From: Podarcis melisellensis
Taxonomy: Eukaryota
Assembly: GCA_964234715.1 (NCBI GenBank)
Contig: OZ174276.1
DNA: 64,000 bases
Strand: one strand, 5' to 3'
Shown here: piece by piece, positions 1-11,800 of the stretch
Numbering within the stretch: the stretch's first letter is position 1
Layout of the letters: the number at the start of each line of letters is the position of its first letter
Translations under genes and position numbers: made by a program
The notes under the pieces: model-generated
What the model saw: only the letters and a program-made list of their open reading frames with translations
Database searches by the model: none
Told to the model about the DNA's origin: nothing

Positions 1-1500
1 CTGCTGCTTACTGTTGCCTATAGATAGGGATGCTGAATTGTGACACTTAAGTGGTAGGTGTTGATCAAATAGGAGGTCAGCTGGGAGTGTCACAATCATG
101 TCAAGAAAGTAATGGATTGATGTTGGTGAGATGCAAGGAAAAGAGAATTCACTTTAGATTGCTGCAAATGCAAGCTCTAACTCACCTGTGGGGGAATTTT
201 GCATCCTCCTGACCAAGACAACCACTCCCTCTATGCTTCAGTTCCTTGTTTTCAAAACGGGAATAACAGTGATTTATCACTAACGGTAGAGGAGAATAAA
301 TAAGGATTTCAGATACTATGAATTACACTTCCGTATAGGCCAGTGGAAACTAATGTGGTGTTCTGCAGGTGTTGTAGACTCCAAATCCCAGTGGTCAGGG
401 ATTATGAAAATGAACAACTTCTGGAGGGCACCATGATAACTATCCTTAGTTAGTCCCTAGAATCCCAGGGAAAGGCTTGCTGTCATCCTCCTCCTCCTCA
501 GCCTGGTGTGCAGTGGCCTTCTGCCCTCTTGCCAACAGAGAACTTAGGCAACAGGGAGCCACGTCCAAAGTGTGGCTTCATGTAGGCAGCCATGCTTTTC
601 TTGCTTTGTCCCTCTTTCCAGGCTCTCACCCGTGGCATCTTGCTTCTCAAAGGGGCTATTTGTGGGCAGCATGGGTGGGTGCCAGCTCCTTATACAAGGA
701 TGTGGTGTGTTTGTCATCAGTACAAGCTGGGTAGAAATACAATTTAATATGGTGGATTGATTACCACCAAGGAGCGTGGTTGGTTGCAGCTCTGTATCCA
801 GCAGCTGGTCAGGGAGAAGGCGGAAATTGTGGTTTCCTCGATCATCCCTTTCTAATCACAAGGTACGCACACCCTCCATTTTAGAGCTGAGGAAAGAACT
901 CAGCCTTTCATGTGTGTAGACCCTGGCAGTTCCTCAGTTTGAGACTGGTGGGGGAAATAAAAGTTATCCTTCCCTTTCTCTTTCTCTCTCTCTCCCCTCT
1001 CAACTAGTTTCTTCTGCATCAAGGCTGTTTGCTTGGTTCATCCCTGTTCCAGAAGGCAAACCCTGTGGGTGTTGACTTGTCAAACATTGGAAGAGAACTA
1101 GGCCCAGTGAGGAGAGTGGTTCCATCAGGTTTCCAGAGAAGAAGGGCTGTTTGTTTGCTTTTTAATGTGTGTGTGTTTTTAAGGATTTGGATTCATCACA
1201 GGATTTCTTGAAGAGGTGCAAGAGTTAGCAGAGTAAGAAGCTGCACAGAAGGGAGCAGGTCCTGAATATCACAAATTCATGCACCAAGCTCATAATTAGG
1301 CTGCAGTTCCCAAGCCAAGCCTTGAAGGCACACATTAGTTTTGTATATTTGGTATGGTGTGCATTTTAAAATTGTAACCTGCATTGAGCCCTTGGGGTGG
1401 GCAGGCTAGAAAAACAAATGGTGACTAATCAGACTCCTGACTCCTGTCCAGACAAGGAGCCCCCACTTTCTGTACATGAGCTCTTATCTTTAGGTTCCTT

Positions 1501-1625
1501 TGGCCAAACTTGGCCCTCCAGATGTTTTTGGGACTACAACTCCCATCATCCCTAGCTAACAGGACCAGTGGTCAGAGATGATGGGAAATGTAGTCCCAAA
1601 ACATATGGAGGGCCAGGTTTGGCCA
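1501..1625. mobile_element. Palindromic hAT-type MITE
   Basis: Arms tggccaaacttggccctccagatg / catatggagggccaggtttggcca; same family as 7014-7149. Confidence 0.75.
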
Positions 1626-3814
1626 TTCCTGGTTACAGCATTGTGTTTGGTTTGTTTCTGTGCTGAGTGGTAAGTGCTGGTCATTGGACCAGGGAATTTA
1701 AAGCATCACCCGCTTGAATTTGTTCAACCAGTGAGATCCTCAGCAGAGACGCTGCACCATGTCCTGCCACCATCGGGGGGGTTGGGGTTGGGTGGGTGGA
1801 TAACATAGGGCAAGGCCTTTTGGGGAGGCCTTAGCGCAGCAGTCCGGCTTTAGAGCTCCCTCCTCCAGGACACTCCTCTCATTTTTGTGTAGGACACTTT
1901 CTGCCCACCTCTCTACAAATTCCCTACTGAAATAAACCCTTTTCCTTCTCACAAGCTTGAGTGACGCTCCAATGCTCTTGCTAATGCTGCAATGCCTATG
2001 TACATGCTTATATGGGAATGGGGTAAATTTAATATAACTCATTTGGACTTATTTCTGAGCAGGCACAACATACAGGGTTATGCTGCAAGGGCTTCCAAGC
2101 CTTCCATTTTTGTTTCCCAACCTTTCACATTTTACCTTTCATCCGCACTTCTTCTGCTTCTACATTATTTCAGTCACTTTCCATCTCTATCTCAGGTCCT
2201 TTGAGTTGCCATGCTGCATGTTACATTTACTTCCTTTCCCCTGACAATTAGGAGGGAATGCGCCTGCAAGCACCCTTCAGCCAGCCCAACCTCTCACCCC
2301 TCCCATCTCACCCCTCCCTCCACCTTCTGATGCCAAGCAATCAAAGAAGAGTCTACCTTTAGGAGAGATGTAAAAGGTCAGCACAGAGGCACTTCGGTAT
2401 TTAGAAACCTGTGGGAGCTGTCAGAGCAGCCTTCTGTTCTCTTCTCTTCACCTTGCCTAAGAGCTGCTTCCCAGGAGGAATTTGGGGATAATTGCTAAGG
2501 GAGTCTGTGCTCTTTGGATTGCTTCTCCCCTGCAATTGCCCTCACTGAGGGCGAAGCCAAATCAACTGATAACCTTTTGCACAGGTTAGTGTTAAAAACT
2601 GGTTAAATTGTGCCCTGCTCCTGCATCCACGTTCTGTTCTGCTTGTGAAATTTTGCTTTCATGGATGTTGCAAAACTCTGTCTTCTTTAACTATTCTTTC
2701 CTATGAAAATAGACAATCAGAAATGTTTTGCTTACAGTGAAATCTGCTTTGTGGTGTAGTTTGCCTGCATGAAGGTCTGGAAAGGAGAAGTGGAACTTGC
2801 TTTCTCCTCTTTAAAGATTAATATGTGATCAAGGTGACAGAAAACCAGAGGTGTTTTGCCCCAATGAATTGTTTGGAGGTGTAGGCTTTCTATGTCATTG
2901 CAGTCCACCAAACAGAAATCTGGTCCGAAATCCTATCTCATCAATGGACTTGCTAGATAACCATGAGTGTCATCCTCTGTCCACCCTCAGCTGTCTAGTC
3001 ATACAATGAAATATTTATAGCCACCTCTGGGATGTTGTGATGAATGAAATAATAAAAGCCATCCTATAAATGGGCAGGCATAATTTAATCAAAACTGTAC
3101 TGTAATCTTTTAAAAAATTTAAAAAATTATGGAAGTACATAGAATAACTAATTATCAAACTACCCTGGACTGGTAGGGGTGCAAATGATGATTTGCAACC
3201 CAATTCTATACATGTGCAATCATATATTTAAAGTGCAATCCTAAACATGTCTATACAGAAAATCCTTGTTAAATGTATATAGGATTACTGCCTTATAACT
3301 TGTTATTTAATAAGTAATTACTGTATTTAATCAGTTCTGCAGCATCTTGGAGTCTCCCACATAGCTCCCTGTTGTTCGTGCTATAACAGACTTAGCACAG
3401 GTACCCCACAGGGCTTTGTTCAGTAAATTGTGTTTCTTTGTGTAACAATATGGGAACATGTATAAACTTTGTCCCAGATGGACAGACCTTTGTAACAGAA
3501 GCCAGGCATTAACAGCTGTAATCCTTTAACAGTTGCTTTTAATGTTATGTAACAGCAAACAGGTTAATAAAGTAAACTTTTTATTAAAAAACCGAATGTG
3601 TTGAAACTGGGTGTGGGAATCTTTTAAAAGATGGTTACTAGGGTGTATTGAGGGTCGAGGCTCTGCTCCTGGCGTTGCGAGGAGACTTTTAGGGAAGCAA
3701 GGAAAGGCTAATAGTTCCTTAGCAGGAGCATGTCTTTAAAAAAATAAAAGGACTTCTCACAACTGTGGGTCTTTTTTTAAAGCTATGTATGTGTGACTAG
3801 ACTAAATGTGATCC

Positions 3815-3951
3815 ACCTGGAGAACGAACTGGCAAACCACTCCAGTATTTTGCCAAGAAAGCTCCATGGACATAAAAAAGGAGACGCTTTGAGAAGAAAG
3901 TGAGAGTTTCCAAGGCATGCTCTGGTTCATGGGGTCACAACTAAACAACAA
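3815..3951 (+). mobile_element. BovB/RTE-derived short element (internally deleted)
   Basis: ggcaaaccactccagtattttgccaagaa motif joined to the BovB 3' tail (ctctggttcatggggtcac...ctaaacaacaa) seen at 15160-15213. Confidence 0.6.
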
Positions 3952-5206
3952 TGTGTGATCACTTTTTAAAAAACATGTGCATTGCATATCAATTTGGATC
4001 TCCCATTCTCTGATGCTCTATACAGAACTCTTACCTGCAGCTAGGATGCTATTTTCACTCTGATTCGAGTCCTAGAATCATCTGGAGTCTCTTCTCCTGA
4101 GAAAGTTTTGGGACTCCAACATGATTGCTTGACAAGCAAGCCTGTTGGCTGAAGTGCTACCTCAGTTCCAGCTCTAAGTACTTAAGGGCCATCTCATCTT
4201 CTAAAAGTAGTGTTTTGGCTCGAAGACACTTTTCTCCCACACATAGTTATACTGTATTCTCCTTCACACACCCCTCCTTATTTTTCTTCTTCTTCCCCCT
4301 GGTAGTTGCTCTGCTTGCACGGAAAGTCAAACAAAATATTTGGGCATTTGTTGTCAGCCGAACCTCTGTCAGTGGTCACAGCCAGCCTTAGATCTTGGAA
4401 GGGGGGGAGGGGCTCCCAGCATTACTCATTAATGAAAGAGCTCATTTAGATAGCCTGGGAAGTGGGTCTCTTTCAAAGGCCTTGCCTAGCATTGTTAAGC
4501 CAGGAGAGTTTGACTGCAGTTTGCACAGCGGGGGATTTGATTTCTCAATTCACCTTGGAAAAATAAGCAGCAGCAAAGAATCTCTCAATGGAATGCACCA
4601 GATTAAAAATTGTTACTAGGCCATGCCTGGTGAGGATATGCCACTAACTGGATTACGGTGTGGGTGGGTGTTTGGGAATGGTTGGCCTCCATTAAAGTAC
4701 ATTTTGGCAAGCCCTTAATGGTCGAGTGGACTGTTGTGCAATCTCCAAGGAGTAACTAGTTTCCCCAGGAAATAAAGCAAAGAGGCAATGCCTCTAATCT
4801 AATGTTGCCCACCACCCCAGTCTCCAAGCAGTGCAACATTCCAGGGGTTTCAGGCACTTACCCAGAGCTCAGTTTCCTTGGAATGAGGGATAGCAGAGAC
4901 TTTGGTGTCTTTATGATATATGGTTTATTTACTCATGTATACAACCTGAGCCCATGATGGAGGAGCTCATAGCATTAATACCCCAAGAGGGTCATGCTTT
5001 TCCCATAGCCACAGCCTTGGATCCCAGCAGAAATCAGGCATGGCTCTGTCTCTTAGCTGCCCAGCCTGCTTCCTCCTTCTAGCTTCTAGCTTACACACAC
5101 AACTCTGACTTTTGTCTTTCTAACTAACAGACAGTTAAGGGAGGGGGCCTCACCCATCTTCTATCTGGCACAGAGCCATTTCCTTTGCTGCCTTTAGGAT
5201 CCATTA

Positions 5207-5557
5207 AAAAGGTAAAGGTACCCCTGACCATTAGGTCCAGTTGCGGATGACTCTGGGGTTGCGCGCTCATCTCGCTCTATAGGCCGAGGGAGCCAGTGTT
5301 TGTCCACAGACAGCATGTTGCCAGCATGACTAAGCCAGTTCTGGTGAACCAGACAGTGCACGGAAACGGCGTTTACCTTCCCACCGGAGCGGTACCTATT
5401 TATCTACTTGCACTTTGGCGTGCTTTCAAACTGCTAGGTGGGCAGGAGCTGGGACTGAGCAATGGGAGCTCACCCCATCGTGGGGATTCGAACCTCTGAC
5501 CTTCTGATCAGCAAGTCCTAGGCTCTGTGGTTTAGACCACAGTGCCACCCGTGTCCC
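5207..5557 (-). mobile_element. Sauria SINE (Squam1/POM-like), full length
   Basis: Reverse (ACCTTT)n tail and tRNA-like head with B box. 14-bp TSD tttagga(t/c)ccatta at 5193-5206 and 5558-5571. Confidence 0.9.
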
Positions 5558-5748
5558 TTTAGGACCCATTACCAAGGGCCATTATCCATAAACTTGTCCG
5601 GCTATTCCAGCATTTAGATCCTTGTTGGATTCAAGAATTAGAAGGGATTCAGGCATACAGACTACCCCCCCCAAAAAAAAACAATAACATGTCACAACAA
5701 TAACATTCTTCCGAAGTCTCAATTACCATTCAAAATGGGTTGGTAGTT

Positions 5749-6183
5749 AGGAACATATGAAGTTTCCCTATACAGTGGTACCTCAGGTTACATACGCTTC
5801 AGGTTACATATGCTTCAGGTTACAGACTCCGCTAACCCAGAAATAGTACCTAGGGTTAAGAACTTTGCTTCAGGATGAGAACAGAAATCGTGCTCCAGCG
5901 GCACGGCAGCAGCGGGAGGCCCCATTAGCTAAAGTGGTGCTTCAGGTTAAGAACAGTTTCAGGTTAAGAATGGACTTCCAGAACGAATTACAATAAATAC
6001 TTAACCCGAGGTACCACTGTACTGAGTCAAACCCATTGGCCCATCTAGCTTAATAGTGTCTACACTATTGACTGGGGAATGACTCCCCAATGTTTCCAAC
6101 CAGCAGTCTTTCCCAGCCTTACATGAAGATACCCGGGATTGAATCTGGGATCTTCCACACATGCTCTGTCACTGAACAACAGC
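5749..6183 (-). mobile_element. Squam3-like tRNA-derived SINE, interrupted by the MITE
   Basis: Reverse complement resembles 45386-45540; B-box remnant gggattgaatctggga. Confidence 0.6.
5773..6019. mobile_element. Tc1/mariner (Tigger-like) MITE nested in an older SINE
   Basis: TIRs cagtggtacctc / gaggtaccactg with TA TSD; related copies at 18243 and 62129. Confidence 0.85.
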
Positions 6184-7013
6184 CTTTTCCTTATATCTGT
6201 GGAAACTACGGCAAACGCCTTTGAGAGATACTACGACTCAAAGCTTTTGCATAAGATTTGCTTGACTGCAGCTTATTTTATGAGATGTAACACTGTTATT
6301 GGCAAAAACTCATACTACAATAAGCCATGCAAGATACTTAAATCAATTTAGAGGATTTCTTAGAAGCATGCTGACCCACTACCAGCTAGCTGCACACTTG
6401 ATCCCTCTGATCTGAAGCAGAAGCTGAAAAATTGGCAGGGTCCCCACAGTCAAAACAAGGGTCTGTTATGGAAGACTCCACAGTTATACACTTTTTGTGT
6501 GTATAGCTGTACTGCTTTCCGTTCATTCAGCCGAGTCCTAATCATACAACCAGGAGTGTGGGAAACTTTTCATCAAACACTCCTAAAGTTTCAGTATTCT
6601 CAAAGTCCCACAAAAAGTGAAGGTAGCTTTGTTGACTCATAAGAAAGAAATTAAAAATCTATGTTAGGGCAATAGTTTTCTTAGGTGAACCAAAATGTCA
6701 CAGAACATTGTGCAAACTTTACCATTTAGCCAGAGAACTCAAAGGCTGGCCACTATGTTGTGGCATATCAGTTGGCTAATATGGATCTTGGGACGTTCAA
6801 TATAATAATGTTTAATATAATAACTACTTACTTTGTAACTTGGCAATCTGCTCTTTGAAGGGAATGTTTAGTGTTGTAACAACGCACTACAGCAATTACA
6901 GTTATATTTTGACTGTGAAAGTTCTCAAACTCTAAAACGGAGGTCATTCCAGTACTTACACTGTTGTGCAGGAGGGCTGGAATAATACAAAATATTTGAG
7001 AGTCAGTTGATAG

Positions 7014-7149
7014 CAGGCATAGGCAAACTCGGCCCTCCAGATGTTTTGGGACTACAACTCTCATCATCCCTAGCTAACAGGACCAGTGGTCAGGGGTGGT
7101 GGGAGTTGTAGTCACAAAACATTTGGAGGGCCGAGTTTGCCTATGCCTG
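7014..7149. mobile_element. Palindromic hAT-type MITE
   Basis: 26-bp perfect TIR caggcataggcaaactcggccctcca; near-complete hairpin. Confidence 0.85.
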
Positions 7150-7258
7150 GTTTAGAGGCTAGGTATGCTACATGCAGTATGGTGGGGGTTTTTTTGCAAA
7201 TTTTGAGGCAGCACCTGATCCCTGCCATGGTCACCCAACCATGGAATAGAAGCTTTCT

Positions 7259-7266
<8 letters not shown>

Positions 7267-7324
<58 letters not shown>
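7267..7324. repeat. (AG)n microsatellite
   Basis: Perfect dinucleotide run of about 29 units. Confidence 0.95.
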
Positions 7325-7327
<3 letters not shown>

Positions 7328-7965
7328 CCACAGGAGACAAGAGTTCCCTTCTGTCAGTAGTGCTGTCAAGGCAGCACTTTGAGGTGGATATCTAGAGCTT
7401 CACGCAGCAGAATGAAGGGGAGCTCCCCCTGCCCTAGTGCAGCACGTCCAGTTTACCACGTTTTGAAGTAAATCAAGTAGTACACATTGTCATTTAAAAG
7501 CCCCATGCACACACACAAGAACATTAAGTCCAAAGTCTAAGATTACCTAACTGCACCGCTACCTTTTGTGAAGAACATACAAGATAGATGACCCCCTTAT
7601 CTGTGGGAAGGAGTGCTGGATGAAGAGGGAGTTCATGCATGATCTCACTCCTGGGGTTGTTGAAGCACCCATAAGCTTTCTACAAGGCAAGCTGTGAGGC
7701 TACATTATGTACACTGCATTTAAAGCACATGCCATCCCCTCCAGAATCCTGGGAACTGTAGCTTATCACCCACAGAGCTACAATTCTTGGCATCCTTATC
7801 AAACTATAGTTTCCAGGATTCTTGGGGGGGGGGTATTGCTTTAAATATATGGTGTGTTCGCAGCCAGAGATGGTGCTGCTGATGTAGATATTTGAAATGA
7901 TTTAAACTCTAATTCTGCGCCTCCCCACACTGCAGACCCACTGTGTCTCTCTGCCTGGCTGCACC

Positions 7966-8117
7966 ATGACTGTCACATACACAGCCCGCGTGGCCAACGC
8001 TCGCTTCGGTGGCTTCTACAAACTACTGACCCTTTGGCGTGGAAGCATCTACAAGCTGCTCTACAAGGAGTTCTTGGTCTTCTCTCTTTCGTACCTGGGA
8101 CTTAGTGTTACATATCG
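7966..8117 (+). CDS. BEST2: BEST2 coding exon 1 (acceptor tgcag ends 7935; Kozak gcaccATG)
   Basis: [51 protein letters not shown]; donor CG|gtaagt; not captured by the ORF track. Confidence 0.96.
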
Positions 8118-8798
8118 GTAAGTGGGAACGTGGAAGAACAGTCTCATATCTACCCTAAATGACCTTTGGTGTGTCAAGCACGCACCACCAAAATTCAGGG
8201 CTCTTCAAATAGTTACCACATGGATCCACTCTCTAGAAATTCACTAATTTCCTAAGACAAGGCATTGTTTTCCCTTAGTGGTGTCTTTAAATTAGAAACC
8301 TCATAGAAGAATTGTTTGTTCAGGAGCATGCCTTTATTTGGCGGGATGGAGGACAGTGTTTGGCATTTTGATTGGCAACCTGTTTTGGAGTATTTTAAAA
8401 TTTTGCACAGCCCTTGTAACAAACTTGGTCTAACCAGCCAAAGTTGAAACTTAACACACTGGAGTGGGATGGGCAGGGCATATATAAATATAGCATTGCC
8501 CAGCCTCACCCCCTTTCACAACTGTAATTATGCTGTAGAACCCACTCTTTCTGGGTTCCGCTGGCTGCACACTTCCTCCTCTCCAAGTTCAAATTGCACT
8601 TCTCCACTTCTCAACCCCAGATCAGGGTGACTGATTTGCTACTTTTGAAACCCTTGCTTTGTTTTGGGCACTTTGCTATTCTGCTGACGACTAGAGAGGA
8701 CCTCCTGTGAGCAGCAAATCTGGAGTGGCATCAATTCAGCTCGCAATTTGGGCAGTCACCTTATCACACACACCACTCACTTATAGCAGAAGTGTGTG

Positions 8799-8832
<34 letters not shown>

Positions 8833-11800
8833 AGATATACAACCACCCCTTTATGTGAGTCAGCCTAGCTCGTTGCATATATTATGTATGATACAGAAGT
8901 CCTCAGCTTCCAGCAGTTGTGTGATTCTAGCACTCTGGTGCAGTCTTTGCCAACTTGGTGTTCCCCATATGTCTGAGACCAGCTGGAGCTGATGGAAGTT
9001 GCAGATTCCAAATGTTTTGGAGAAAACCAGGTTGGCGAAGGCTGGTCTGATGTATAAAGTTGCCCCAGGATTTACTGTATGTCCTGTCCAATCATAACAT
9101 TTTAAAAACAGCCCTCACTTGCCCTTCAGAATGCATTTAGATTGTCCCCTTACAAGAGTGCAAGCAGGTGGCTCTCAGCAAATGTGTTGCCAACCCCCTT
9201 GGGAAATATGCATCCTTCTTAATCCTTCTCTCATTCTTATTCCCACCTCTAGCTTCGTCTTAAGTGAGACTCAGAAAAGGGACTTCGAAAAGGTGGTGAT
9301 TTACTGTGACAACTATGCCAATCTCATCCCTGTCTCCTTTGTCCTGGGTGAGATGCTTGAACGCCAGCTCCTTTCCTAAAGGAGCAATGCTCTTTCCTTA
9401 TCCATGTGCCCATCCCAACCTTGGCTTCCAGGGCACAACATTCATCCATGCCTAGTCCAATTTACTGCTTGCCCTTTGCGTACTGCAAGGATGTCAGACT
9501 ATAATACAGGCTCAGCAGTAGATATGCTTCTGGTTTAGACTTGGGTGTGACTCCCCCTCCCCCCCAGTCTATCAAAGTAAGAGTATGGTGATAATAGGGT
9601 ATTATGGGCTTTAATTACTTCATCTGGAAACTGGGTAGAGTATGGGTGACTTGTGTATGTTATACTCGGCAGCTAACTTCCACAATTAGGCCTGGTGGAG
9701 CTCAGAGCTCTCTGAAAGCCAGGAAGAGCAGCCTGGGATACTCCATGTCCTTGATCCTGAAAATATTGGCAATGAGAGAAAGGAACTCTGCACGTGCTCA
9801 GGGTAATGTCACGTGTACTGGCAGCAAGCAAACTCCCTTCTCTGAGCAATAGTCCTTATATGTAGCCAAAATGGCACCACCCATACACAGAAAAGGGGAG
9901 GTATCAAGCAGGCATGCTGAAGTACAGAATGGAAACCTTGGAGAAGGGGACATCCCAAAATGGCCCAGTGAAGACTGAGCATGCCCAGTGGGTATTGAAT
10001 GCTGAGGGGGATTCAAAAAAACGACACAGTGGGCATGGAATGCTGTCTGCCTGTTGTGGGGTATTTTTTTGGGTGGGGATATACGAAAATCAGTGGGGAG
10101 AATAGAATGGAGGGACTGGAAAGCTGAACAGAGGCATTCCATGCTGCAATGTTTTGTGGCCAGTTTCTCTTGCACTTACTGTCTAATGTTGCCAGAACCG
10201 AGCTCTGTCTTTCATAATTTGTGTCCTCAGTCCTGGTTCAAGTGAAGCATTCCTGTTTTATCTCAGAGTGAGGCTGCCTGACTTAGCAGCATGCCATGGG
10301 ACAGAATTCTAATGCAACCCCTCCCCATCTCCTGGGTTCATTTAGGGTTCTATGTGACATTGGTGGTGAACCGCTGGTGGAGTCAGTACACCTGCATGCC
10401 TATGCCAGACCGCCTGATGTGTGCCATCTCTGGGAACGTGCACGGCACTGACGAGAAGGGGCGCCTTTACCGGAGAACTCTCATGCGGTACTGCAGCCTT
10501 TCTGCCGTCTTGATTCTTCGCTCAGTCAGCATCGCTGTGTTCAAGCGTTTCCCCACCATAGACCATGTGGTGGAGGCAGGTGAGTGTAGAAGGGAGACCG
10601 TCTTTCCCATTAAGCCAGTGGTTTTCAACCAGTGTGCTGTGGCACCCTGGGGTGCCTTGAATGATGGTCAAGGGTGCCGTGGGCAACACTGGCCTCCCTC
10701 TTTCCTTCCCTCCCTCTTCTGGTGCCCTCTTGCGTTTCTGCCTCCCAAAGACTTTCACAGCTGTTTATTGCAGCAGCCCTGGCTACAAGCTCCTCAGGCG
10801 CATGGTGCCTCTAGGGCTGGTCAGGGGGTGCTTTCAAGGCCCCTGTGGGGCAGTGGAATGAAGTACCTCTCTTTGGGGCAGAGGGGGCAGCTCAGAAACC
10901 AGGGACGACAGCAGCAGCTGCCCAGAGGACTCCCAAGGAAAGAGGAGAAGAGAGGAGGCTAAGGGAACACTCCACAAGGGAGAGTGTTCAAAAATAGGTG
11001 AGGGGCTGCCAGCTCTGCAGGCAAAGGGTGACATAACTGGGCTCCTGAGCCCCACAGGGGAGCCGCAGAAAGAATGTAGTTGGTCAAGGAAGCCGTGGAC
11101 TCAAAAAGGTTGAAAGCCTCTGCACTAAGCTTATAAAGCTTATAAGGATGAGAGGACTGTGGGAAAGCCTGCAAGAGGTAGGTGTCCCCCTGCCCTTGCC
11201 CATTTGTTAGAATGAAATTAGGAAATTTTAAAGTTTTTTTTTTTTAAAGCAATGATAGGCATAACTTTCAATCTAGAAGATGTTATTTCGGAATGCCACA
11301 ATTATGCAGCGTATAAAGTGGACTGCCTGTAAGCAGAGCATATTGCATTTAGTGTGAGTTTTACTACATATCTTGTGTCCTTCTTCAAGGCTTCTTCAAA
11401 AGCCTATAGCCTTTCAGAGTGCAGTTCTTCAGTATAAGATTGCACTATGGACCTTCTAAATAGAGTACTATTGGCTGCATAACCTCTGTTGCATCTAACA
11501 GGGTTCATGACTCGTGAGGAGCGCAAGAAATACGAGAACCTGAACACTTCCTACAACAGATACTGGGTCCCCTGTGTCTGGTTTACCAACTTAGCTGCAC
11601 AGGCACGCAAAGAAGGCCGCATACGTGATAACTGTGCTCTCAAGTTACTCATGGAGGTGAGGTGGTAAATCCTTGTCCCCCAGACTATAGATATAATAGT
11701 TATTCTTTGACACCTGAGACGTGTGTTTTCAGGGCCCACCCTATTCCTGCGATCATAATATGATTTAACTGTTTTTAATTTTAAGCTGTTCACCTGCGAG

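Noticed and set aside
7086-7382. ORFs with RERERE or LSLSLS runs
   Set aside because: Translation of the (AG)n microsatellite and the adjacent MITE
10291-10962. 223-aa ORF as a standalone gene
   Set aside because: It is BEST2 coding exon 3 plus read-through into an intronic hAT element
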